Below the pieces are notes generated by a model, which was given only the letters and a program-made list of their open reading frames with translations, did not search any database and was not told where the DNA came from. 64,000 nucleotides of DNA from an uncultured virus (IMG/VR IMGVR_UViG_3300030372_003010) (taxonomy: Duplodnaviria > Heunggongvirae > Uroviricota > Caudoviricetes). The stretch lies in IMG/VR virus record IMGVR_UViG_3300030372_003010; one strand, 5' to 3'. Made by a program: the position numbers and the translations under genes. Shown here one piece after another: positions 47,901-58,200 of the stretch; position 1 is the stretch's first letter; every line of letters starts with the position of its first letter.

Positions 47901-50900
47901 CATCTTTGGTTAACTAGAGATGACTACTATAAAGATATTATTAATAAATCTGTAGAGTTACAGGAGTATAATGATTTATTATTCTCTTTATCTCAGGATA
48001 ATATCTATATAGACCTTGAAGAGTTTGCAAAATGGGTAGAAGATAAGTCATACCAACCTGAAGAGTTTATTGATTCAACAGCTGGAAGTGAAAGAATAAT
48101 TCCAAAAGGAAGTTTGCTTTATGATAAATACTATAGTCAATTAAAAGTTGTTGCTGATATGCAGAAGGTAAAACCTGCAGGGGAAACTTCTGATACTAGA
48201 GAACAAAGAGATAAAGCTATAGAAGATTTAGCTAAACAAAAAGAAGACGAATTAACAGAACTTCGTAAGACATATGAAAATGATATTAAATCAGAAACGG
48301 GTAAAGACTTAAGTCAGCTTGAAGCTCTTCAAGTTAAACCAATTGTAGATCAAGATAAGAATAAGAAAAGCATTAAATTAAAAAAGGAAAGAGTTCGTTT
48401 ACTTAAGTCTCAACTTCAAGAGATAGAAGATATTTTCAAAGCAGCAGATGCTGAAGCTCTTGAAACTTATTTTAAAGATAAGATGATAAGAAAAGAGTAT
48501 GATATATCTACTGAAGATTATATGAATACTTATGCAGAAGCTACTGCTAATCTTATTCAAGAGACACCAGAGTTAAACAAAAAGTTTTTTGACTTTGTAA
48601 ATGCTTCAGAATTTACAGATACGGAGTTTGTGCAAGGTGCTGCTATTGGAGGAATCTTTCTTCAAGATATAATAAATTCTGAAATAACAGAACTTGAAGA
48701 AGCTCTCGAAGATCAAGAATCTAGAACTGATGCTGCAGAAGCTGAGGTAAATGAAATAGAACAGACTCAATCTTATAAGGATTATCAAAAGGCTTTAGCT
48801 GAAATAGAATCTAAGTATACTAATCTAATAGATGAGGTAAATAACAGCTTTAGAAAAAGAGGTGCTGTAATTGAAGAGGTAGAATCTGAAGTTAAAGTTA
48901 CAGATGATTGGAACTCTTTACCAGAAGATTTAAAATCTCAGTTACAGAAGAGTTGGGAAAAAGATCTTAATGACCCTACTTTAGAAGAGCTTTATCCTGA
49001 AGAGTATGTAAGAAGAAGACAAGCTTGGTTTGCAGAACAGTTTGAGGTTGTTCAAGCATATAATGATAGAAAGAATATTGAGAGAATTAAAGCTGAGAGA
49101 GAAGCAGTAACTATAAGAGAACCTAAACTTAAGTTTAAAACTTATAAAGATGTGTCTAAGAAAACTCTTAGAGAGATTAGAGCAATCAGAGATTCTCTTG
49201 AAACAAACTTAGAAACAAAAGCTAAAAAAGTAAAAGGTAAAGTTACACCTCTTGACAAAAAAGATATTGCAAATATTAAAAATGATATTAGAGAGCTTGA
49301 CCTTTTAATAGATAAAAAGAGAACTTCTTTAGAAGAGATTTCTGACTTTACTGAATCTATAAATATTTTTAAAGAAAAGATCTTAGACAAGGAAGGTGAG
49401 ATTGAAGTAGCTAGAGATGAGAATGGAAATGTCATAGAAAGAAGAATAGATGGTAGACCTACAGAAAGAGTTACTAAACTTGCTGAAAAAATTCAACAAG
49501 ATATCTATGAAAAAGATCCATTTGTATACAAGTATATAGATGAAAGAGAAGGTAAGGTATCACCAGTTTTAGAAAACTTTGATGAAATATTAGCTGATGA
49601 TTCTATTACAGACAAGGTAACTACATTTATTACATTCTTTAAAAGTTTAAATCTGCCAGAGTTTAAAAATTTAAATAAAGTAAAAGAGTTAGAAGACAGA
49701 TTAAAAAATAACTTTAGTAGGGAGAACGTATATAATTCAATTGCTGAATTAGCATATGTAGAATCTTCTGAAGCGGGGACATCTATTGATGAGTTACTAA
49801 AAGATTTCTTAACTAGAGAAGGTACAGGGTTTAAACAAATCACTAGACCTGATAATATAAGTGAGGAAGCTTTTGATCAACTGTTTGGAAAGAGAGGTAT
49901 ACTCACAGAGTTTAGAGATGGTATGATTGATGGAGAGTTTACAATTGTTGGTACAGGTAACTTAGTCTTTGATAAAGAAACATTAAGAAACGGTATTGTA
50001 GGTGAGACAGATTTAATAGCTGTAAACAGTGATGGAGAATTCATGATTGTTGATCTTAAAGCGGCTGGAATAAATACTTGGAGAAACTTCAATAAGAAAG
50101 AAGATTTAGAAGCAGCTGAAGCAAAGCTTACAGAAGAAGGTAAAACTGAAGAACTTGAGAAATTAAAAAGAGATGCACTACGTTCTAAGAAAGATTACTT
50201 TAGATTACAACAATCATTATATAGAAACTTGTTTTATAACATGTCAGGTATAATGCCTAAAAGAATTGGTCTTCTACCTATAGAAATTAAAATAGATAGA
50301 AAGACTGGTCAAGTTGTATCCGCTAAAAGACCTAGCATTCTTAGTAAAGGTTTTGATACTGTTGAATTACCATACAATGATATAGTTGAAAACTATGTTC
50401 CTTTAAGAGAGCCATCAGTTAAACCAGAATCATCTGTAGAAACTGTAGAAGCTTTGCCTGAAGATGAATTTTTATTTATTGATGAATATGCTAAGTCAAA
50501 CAAGATAAAAGATAACTTAAATAAAAATGTTATCTATAATGGAAAAGTAGGGAAACTAGTTCTTACTCCTGACGGAACATATGGTGTAGAGTTTACAGAA
50601 ACTACCGGAGGTGCTAAGATAATAATAGATGTTCTTGATGGTGTGATGCCTACAAGCAATGGTGAGATAACTTTTAGAAGTGTAGCACTTGATAAAATAC
50701 AAGCAACAGATAATATATCTCAGCAAGCATTAATAGAAGGTGAGCCAATCAATGCTAAGTTTACAAATGATTTAAATACTGAGGCTGAAATAAACGGTGT
50801 TAGTTATAAAGTAAATAGAAACAAGGAAGGTTTAATAGTATCTCTTACTTATGAGAGTAATGCAAAAGCTATTAATAAATTAAATGCTGAGATAGATAGT

Positions 50901-52235
50901 GTTAGAGATGATATATTTATTCTTAGAAATAAAAGTAGAGTTTCTCCAGAACTTCTTGTTGATTCAATCTCTCAGTTAAACACAAAGGTGGCAGACCTAA
51001 ACTCTCAAGTTACAGCACTAAAAAGAACTAATGCAACAAGAACTGCTAGAGGTGGAAATGCAAGCTCTTTAATCTTTGCATTAAATAGACTTCCAGGAAA
51101 TTTCAAAACAGATACAAAGCATAAAACTTCAATACATGAGCAAAGAGATCTTGATACTATAAGTAGATTAGCAAGTGTATCTGAAGAGATATCTAATACT
51201 ATGACAGGTATATTAGCTAAGCAATATCCTGCGGTATTAGATCAGCTTATAGAGAAGGGTCCTTCAGGTATTAAGGAATCTGATTATTTAAAAATACAAC
51301 TATGGGCAGAAGATGCTGTTGCAGCATTAGAAGAGTTGATGAGCACTGTTGTAAATAAAGGAGACTTAGCAACAGATATAGAACAACAAATATATGCAGT
51401 CAAAGAATTGCAAAATGACTTAGAATTAATTAAACTAACTAAAGATGGCAAAATCAGTAGACAACAAAAAGAAGCAAGAAAAGTTTTCGGACCCAAAGGC
51501 AGGTTACAGACCGGGTCTAGTGTATCTCAGGTTCAAGAGTCTAAATCAGGACCGTCAGAGGGAGTATCTGGATCAGATGAACAATCCGGAGGAGCCAAAA
51601 GAAAACCCACAGATGGAGAAGTAAAATCTCTTGTTAAAGAGATATATACAAAAAAAGGTGAGATAGATATATTAGCAGGTGAAAAAGTTGAGGATCCTGT
51701 AGACAGGTTGATTAAAAAGATAAATGATGCTACTAAGGATACAATAGAAGATGTATTCTATAAAGCAAGTATCGAATCAGGTCAGAATGCTAAAGTTACT
51801 GAAGCTTATAACCAAAAGCTTCAAGCTTTACAAACTGAAATCAATCAAAAAGATTTATCTATTGGTGATCATTTAGTATCAAAAAACCCTATCTTTGATA
51901 GTAAGGGTGATGTTACTGTAAGAGTTACTAATGTGTTTAAAAATGGTAACGTAAATATAGTAGACATAAATAACTCTGATAACAAAATGAAAGTGAATAT
52001 GGAAGAGTTAAAGAATGATTTTGAAAGACCGGCTAAAGCTGCTTTAGAGACTAGTGATGTTGATATAACTGATGAAGATCAAGGATCTTCTGAAATAAGT
52101 GATGAGAATCTTAATGAGTATCTTAAAGGTGCTGAAGGTATCATTACTGATATTGATAACATGAGTTCTGAAGAATTAGAAGCAAGAGCTGCAGAAGGTA
52201 GAGAGTTGTTAAGAAAAAGAAAATGTGATAATTAA
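45000..52235 (+). CDS. Giant ejection protein with Gly/Ala-rich membrane segments and a PD-(D/E)xK nuclease-like domain
   Basis: Hydrophobic segments near 45700-45800 and 46645-46680; GTSID...GETDLI...IVDLK...QQSLY at about 49775-50225. Confidence 0.6.
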   Translation: MAEDINNIQDSMEDDPKNSGSYIREGTTNIENFMPITGNPPTVDLSTPVPQSNRSATLPYNQLRDNVTGFPPYSSNQIPKEENWLQNAADYIGQTAYHQTDQGSYSKPYMYDASAQGTQRARYKAYGQETFDKVGFNPTLNNEDIFNANTTIVDDFIRMGTKAFLPMYGNGLLAGPKSYGDAIGLDFGQDTEQADSYEEYNNIGYSSKGGVGGFVNNLFNSVAYSAGVLTEAAAEYALIGMVEGAVAGPQGAAGGAAAGGLFGILKSIPQMGKALYQMTKYGGKMSAQLKNLRKYSEARKLWATASRTTADFINPLGQTGRAFQRNILSNADNLSNLARGTRTAAGFFRDVSMLNAGLSEGRLEGGFVENNTYRNGYDRFWKEHGRAPNADEQLDLRKVAKLAGFQATWKNALLVNYTNKLAFPNLFRGSFMKGASANIRKVGNEFNLVYEAAKKGAAMGQYKLIDYNLRNALKGFIKPKNFGKASLNYFKLNVVEGAQEVLQDVIATSTENYYLDSYFDPSKKSFDHSMATLKDAFGDMYGERGFETFASGFFMGGLLRPFGGAVPRFRDKLISKVLKNEAVYEQDIAERKADGTRMVNALNNMNKNAAEFLNHRLFNYGNQAIISKNSNSNETDTKQHKDNVTASLVSDVITTLNSGTFDVWTDNLKQLKQLDAKGLEDALDLEAGQGEKARIALDNFLKRAEKIAKNWKFGQENLGTQRVSLTGLKEGTPEYDQAAIQNKAIDAAIFNLTFLQESFNDNLERVNELYQKFNNLGMFQKLPGAQFQQIADQRLLAQEIEMLTKAVEVNQQAYDASPSSEMSNQITEQRNLLDALISFQKAQQEYEGIRKAMEILKEAKKEGGLEDQDASIQALDEILTEYENNYDPNLNYKLAFENLLKQLVNNDVEFQKLMDTIGSEQFDNLYAALIDIHKLNYEAENLIPYINLLLNPAGFGEHVKRNFDWMRHLWLTRDDYYKDIINKSVELQEYNDLLFSLSQDNIYIDLEEFAKWVEDKSYQPEEFIDSTAGSERIIPKGSLLYDKYYSQLKVVADMQKVKPAGETSDTREQRDKAIEDLAKQKEDELTELRKTYENDIKSETGKDLSQLEALQVKPIVDQDKNKKSIKLKKERVRLLKSQLQEIEDIFKAADAEALETYFKDKMIRKEYDISTEDYMNTYAEATANLIQETPELNKKFFDFVNASEFTDTEFVQGAAIGGIFLQDIINSEITELEEALEDQESRTDAAEAEVNEIEQTQSYKDYQKALAEIESKYTNLIDEVNNSFRKRGAVIEEVESEVKVTDDWNSLPEDLKSQLQKSWEKDLNDPTLEELYPEEYVRRRQAWFAEQFEVVQAYNDRKNIERIKAEREAVTIREPKLKFKTYKDVSKKTLREIRAIRDSLETNLETKAKKVKGKVTPLDKKDIANIKNDIRELDLLIDKKRTSLEEISDFTESINIFKEKILDKEGEIEVARDENGNVIERRIDGRPTERVTKLAEKIQQDIYEKDPFVYKYIDEREGKVSPVLENFDEILADDSITDKVTTFITFFKSLNLPEFKNLNKVKELEDRLKNNFSRENVYNSIAELAYVESSEAGTSIDELLKDFLTREGTGFKQITRPDNISEEAFDQLFGKRGILTEFRDGMIDGEFTIVGTGNLVFDKETLRNGIVGETDLIAVNSDGEFMIVDLKAAGINTWRNFNKKEDLEAAEAKLTEEGKTEELEKLKRDALRSKKDYFRLQQSLYRNLFYNMSGIMPKRIGLLPIEIKIDRKTGQVVSAKRPSILSKGFDTVELPYNDIVENYVPLREPSVKPESSVETVEALPEDEFLFIDEYAKSNKIKDNLNKNVIYNGKVGKLVLTPDGTYGVEFTETTGGAKIIIDVLDGVMPTSNGEITFRSVALDKIQATDNISQQALIEGEPINAKFTNDLNTEAEINGVSYKVNRNKEGLIVSLTYESNAKAINKLNAEIDSVRDDIFILRNKSRVSPELLVDSISQLNTKVADLNSQVTALKRTNATRTARGGNASSLIFALNRLPGNFKTDTKHKTSIHEQRDLDTISRLASVSEEISNTMTGILAKQYPAVLDQLIEKGPSGIKESDYLKIQLWAEDAVAALEELMSTVVNKGDLATDIEQQIYAVKELQNDLELIKLTKDGKISRQQKEARKVFGPKGRLQTGSSVSQVQESKSGPSEGVSGSDEQSGGAKRKPTDGEVKSLVKEIYTKKGEIDILAGEKVEDPVDRLIKKINDATKDTIEDVFYKASIESGQNAKVTEAYNQKLQALQTEINQKDLSIGDHLVSKNPIFDSKGDVTVRVTNVFKNGNVNIVDINNSDNKMKVNMEELKNDFERPAKAALETSDVDITDEDQGSSEISDENLNEYLKGAEGIITDIDNMSSEELEARAAEGRELLRKRKCDN

Positions 52236-52241
52236 TAAGAT

Positions 52242-55200
52242 ATGGCTTGTGCATTAGACAATGAATCAATTGGAGCTTTATATGAAGATATTTATTTAGA
52301 TATTAAGTCTAGAATTGATAAAAGAAAGAAGGGTGTTTTTGATATGAAAGACTACTCTAAAAATCTTTACAACAGTATTGTAAATGAAGAAGATCCTGTC
52401 TCTGCTTTACAGGTAGTACAGGTTGTTCCTAAAATTTTAAATTCTATTATAAATAGTTCAGAAGCTGTTCAAGATTATTTTTTAGAAAATGATATTCCTA
52501 CATCTTATATAAAAGAATCTAAAGACTTTAGAGACTTAAATAATGTAGCAAAGTATGTTCAAAAAACTGGTAAGAGATTACAAGTTATAGAGCAAGAAAT
52601 TGAAAGAGCTCAGAAGAATAGAAACAATGTTATTCTACGTAACCCTGATAATAATACTTTAAAAAAAAGTTCTAGAAATACAGCTAAGGTAGAAGATCCT
52701 GCATCTACATCATTCTTTTATTATTTAAGTGGTAAGCCTGGTGCTAAGACTGTAAGAGATCCACAAAAAGATTACATCTATACTGTAATTAGAAAAATCA
52801 AAACTCTAACTGAAGATTTAATTGGAGATGAAACTCAAGTTGTATATGATGATATACCCATTGCTATTAAGCCAACATCTATATTAAATATAGATGAGAA
52901 CTATTTAGTAGATGATGATAAGAAATTTAAAAAAGAAAAGCCTGCATTAGCAGCAGACCTATTATTATCTGTTGTAACTGATACAGATGGTAACCTATTA
53001 TTCTTTGACCAAGATGGAAATGTAAGTACAGAAAAGACAATGACTAATGGAATTGTCTATCAGTACATTAGAAAAGTTAAAAAGGTAGGAAAGGAATATG
53101 TTATTACTAATAGATCTAACTACCAAGATCTTCTTTTAACACCTGAAGAGATAGTAGACAGGGAAATAAAAAGAGAAGAGTCAGAACTTGAAGGAGACTT
53201 TGGTATTCAACCTTCTATAAGAAAACAAAGAATAGAAGATAAGAAGAAAATTCAACAGGAGCAATTAGAGAATATATACAACATGCAAAATGTTGTTTTA
53301 AACAATCCTGATGAAACTTATTTATTGGAAATAAATGGGGGTAGTTATGGTGTAGTAGATACAGCTTACATACCTTTATCAGAAACACCAATAGAGATTG
53401 AGGATCTATCTGCTCCTATTGTTAGTGGTAAGTTATCTGGATACATGTCTGTGAATGCTAAGTATAGAGATGAAAAAGGTACAGTTACAGAAGGTAACTT
53501 GCTTTTACAAAGAGGTGACATGAGTCAAGAACTTGCAGATAAGATTGCAGATATAGTTACAACTACTGCAAAGTTTAATGGTAGAGAACTTACTTTAGAT
53601 GAAAGACTAACATATGTTGATATATTCTTAAAAGGTACTTCTAAAGGTAATAAGATTACAATAAGTTCTCAAAACATTAATTCAGTTGAACTTATGTATT
53701 TAAATATTGATGGAGAATATATTGCCCCTGAAGATATACAAACAAATGAAACTAAGGAAAAGATATCTAATCATCTAATGAATGCTAAAGTTTTAGATAA
53801 CGGAGATGTTTATCCAGCAGATGTAAGTTATAATTCAGATGTTATTGGATCTGAATTCATAGACTATAACATAGAGGGAAATAAGATAACTACAACAAGT
53901 ACCAAGTACAATGACTTTATTAAACCTTTTGTAAAAATTGAATTTAGTAATAAGTCTGGAGGACAGTTTGTAGGAAAGAATTCTTATTTAACTTATTCAA
54001 TACCCAAAGAGATAAATGACATTAAGGAAAGAGCATTTGATATAAATTCAGTATTGCCTGAAAAAGAAGAAGTAAAACCTCTTCAGATTACAGAAGATAT
54101 TACTTTAGGAGTAATTAATCCTGTATTAGTAAAGCAAGCTAGAGCTTCTGTCCTTCAAAAAAATATTAATGATTCAGATGTAGTACTGAATTTAAGTACT
54201 AAGAAAGCATTCAAAGATACAAAAGATGAGTCTGGTTATTCTATTAGAAATGCTAAGGATAAATATATCCCAATGGAATTAGCAAATAGAAAGACTGCAA
54301 GTAAAGCAGTAGCGGATGCATTTACTAAAAAACTTAATGAGAAGAATGCAAGAGTTATAAATATTACGGGTAACAATATTTATAATTTAAGAAGTTCAAA
54401 TATAACACAAGCAACAATTGATGGATTTGTTAAAAGTTTGTTAGAACAAATTGTTCCTAATCTAAATACAGCTAAGGAAGATTTAGTTATAATAGCAACA
54501 GGTCAGTCTGGTGTTTCTGAAGCAGCCATTAAAGCAGCTAAAGATTTAGGGGTTACAGTTATAATGAACATACCAAAGAACTATGAAATAGTAACAGCTA
54601 GAAAATCTAAAAATAGAATAGTAGCTGGTTTATCAAATACTAAAGCTGCATTTCTTGAAAGGTTTGAAGAAACTAAAAGAACTAGAAAAGTTACATCTAA
54701 ACCTGTAAATAAAAAATCTGCTAAAACAAAAGGTGCAGGAAGTAAAACTAAGTTTACTGGTAAGAAAAGAAAGTATACTAAAGCTAAGACTACTTCTAAA
54801 AAGAAGAAAGCTAAAAAAGGTTTAACGAAGAAACAAGAAGCTGAGATTTTACAAAAGCTTAATCAAAGTAATGAAAATCTTAAGCAAGCTAAAGATAGAA
54901 GTTCTTTGTTTTCAGATTTAGAAAGAAGTAAAGGTGTCTCAACATTCTTTGATAGATTGTTTACTAGCAAAGCTGATAAAAAGAAAGCTCTTGATTGGTA
55001 TAATAATGAGTCTAACTTAAAAGGTATTATACCTTTAGAAGTTATAACAGAGATAGTTAATTCAAATGCATTTGCTAAATGGAGCAAAGATGGTATCACA
55101 TTATATGAAGCAGACGGAGGAACTCCTGTTGATCTTTATCATGAGGCATGGCATGGATTTAGTCAATTATTTTTAACTGTTCCTCAGAAAGAATCACTAT

Positions 55201-58200
55201 ATGCAAGTATAAAAAATACTATTCCTAAATTTAAGAATGCTGAGCCTATAACTATAGAGGAAGCATTAGCAGAAGACTTTAGAAGTTATGCAAAAGGTCA
55301 AAAGAAATTTAAAGGAATAGTTGGTAAGATATTTAATCTTATTAATAAGTTTCTTAAATGGATGTATGGTGGAGTAACTAGGACAGATATGACTAGTTTG
55401 AGAGATATACCTAGGGTAAAAGAACTGTATAACCAATTATACAAGGGTGAGATACTAGATTTAAAACCTAGCACGCAAAATATATATGAAGATTTCCATG
55501 TACTGAATAGCTTACAAAATACTATAAAGCTTACTAAAAAAGATCAAGATAACTTTGACGAGTTTACAATTGATGAGACTAATATTGTTTTAAATACTTT
55601 TGATAATATTGTAGCAGATATTATTAAGAGTTCTTCAATATCTAATAATGATCTTAATATATTTAAGAAAGTTTTAAATACAAAGAGTGAGATTCTTTTT
55701 GATGCTGTTTATGAGGAGCTGTCAGAAACAAGAGATGGTTTATTTGAACAAGTTGAAAAGTTAAATATTACAGAAGATAGTTCTCCAGAAGATCTTTTTG
55801 AAGAAGAAAGACTTTTTGATAAAATTGATCTGCTAAATAAAACATTGAATAATTTTGGAGATGTAACTTTATCACTAGAAGGTAAGCAAAAAACAGGAGT
55901 AGTTGCATTCTATCTTAATTCAGGAAGATTTTCATTAGTAAAAGAAATTTATAAGGATGATATTGCTGATGAAGGTCAATTAGATATAGATGATACAACT
56001 TCTGTTGAAGACATGCAGCAGTATAGAGATGATAAAGCTAATTTATTTAATCCTCAAACACTTGCAAGTCAAGACACCTTAAGCTTATTATCTTTAATAA
56101 CTCAAGTAGAAAAGAATGCTAAAGGCGAGTATACACAAATACCAGATTATTTTGGCTATCCTCAAGTAGAAGACATAGGAATTATATGGAACAGGGTATC
56201 TAAGGTTACAGAAGGTTCATTTAGTTATGCTGATTTTTATAAAAGACTTATAGAAAATTCAACAAACTATCCGCAACTTCAGCAGCTAGCAGATATATTA
56301 AAACCTCCCGGTGAAGCATATAAAAATAATTCCGAGTTTAATACTGAAACAAATTTGTATCAAGACTTATCTAAACCAAGAGTTCGTTTTAGACAATTAA
56401 ATATTATTAAAAGTGTTCTTAGAAGAGAAACTGAATTCACTGAAGAAGTAGCTGAGTTTGATATAGGAGTTGCTGATGCATCTTTCTCTACAAGAGGTGT
56501 TATAGCAGACTGGACTAATCAATTCGCAACATCTACTAAGTTCACCAATCCTTATGTAGAGCTTAATGGTTTAGAGCCTGTACTTAATGTTAAAAAAATA
56601 ATTAAAGACTTTAGTAATTCTAAGACAGGTTTATTTAAAAAGAATTTATCATTACCATTTTTAAGAGCTTTAGGTATAGCATTAGATCCAACAAGTGCAG
56701 AGATACAAGCTGAAGCAGCTAATGTAAATTCTTTCTATTCAGGATATAGAATTGATTTAATATTTGATTCAATTAAACTAGTTAATAAAGCTTTGAATTC
56801 TGATTCTGTTGCAGATATTTCATCAGCAGAAAAGTTTATTAAAAGTCCTATTGAGTATTTAAGAAAAGGACTTCCTAAAAATATAAGACTTTCACCGGAG
56901 CAAAACAACAATGTTAAAAACAGAATAAATCAATTAGCAGAATTGCAAGTTAAATATTCAGATAAGTATTCTAATTTTAGTACAACATTGCCTACAGATG
57001 ATAGAGTTTGGGAACAGCAAAATGCTAGTGCAATAGTTAGAAGAGTTCAAGCATTAAATAATGCTGATAACTTTCAACAACTTACAACTCCAGAAGCAGA
57101 TCCAGATGGTATTTACAAACATATGTACTTTTTAGCTGAAAATAATAATACATTTTCTAAGTACTCTCGTATATTGAATTCATTATTTGTATTAGATAAT
57201 GAAGCAAACTATGGAGAAAGAAGAACTATGTTAGTTGATGGTAAACAAGCCCCTGTTACACTAGATACATATAATATAGGAGGTACTAAATACATAGATA
57301 CAGATAACTTCTCAAACAATCAAGGTGCTAAAACATCTAGGATAGAGGTTACTGGTAAGTTTTTACAAGAGTTAAATAGCATGCTTTTAAATGGAGTAGA
57401 GGAGTTTATGAGACATGCTTCTAAGAATACTGCAATGGGAATAGGTGTTAGTAAGATATTTGGAAATAATACTACGAAACATTTATACATAGATGTAAAA
57501 GACTTTGGTCCTATTAAAGGTAATGCTGGAAAATTAAAAGGTGTTGATATAGTTAATGGATATCTTAAAGCTGAACTAGAACGTATGTTTAAATATACAA
57601 AGTTTAAAGATACAAAGTTTAAAGATTTTTCAGGTTATAATAGAAAGGTTCTTAAGAAGGATGGTTCAGGTAAATTTATTGAAGCAGGTTCAGCATTTAC
57701 TATTTTTGATGATATATTAACTGAGGAAGTTCAGAAGGATCTTTATGATATGGTAGATAAAGCTATAGCAAATAAAACTGTTATGGAATCAATACCTGAA
57801 GAACTTCAAGAAAGAGTTAATAAAGACATGCTAGAATATTTTGATAAAGTTGTAGATAATAATGTCAAATTATTTAATAAGGCCGGATATGTTTCAGAGC
57901 AATTGATAGATATTGTTCAAACACCTGGTATGGCACCATCTATAATAACTAGATCTTTAATGTCTGCTTATACTTTTAATTCTTTTATACATAAAGTAGA
58001 GACCACAATCCTAGGTTATGGTGATGCTGTACAGTACGATCATTCTAAAGAAGAGTTTCATAAAAGAAATTCTTGGTTAGCAACAGGTGCTAGAAACTTA
58101 AGATCTGATATTGATGCACAAAATTTTATTAATACTATTTATAAGTTTAGACATGCTGCTAAACATGGCTATAGTGTAAATCCTTACAACGGGACATTTA

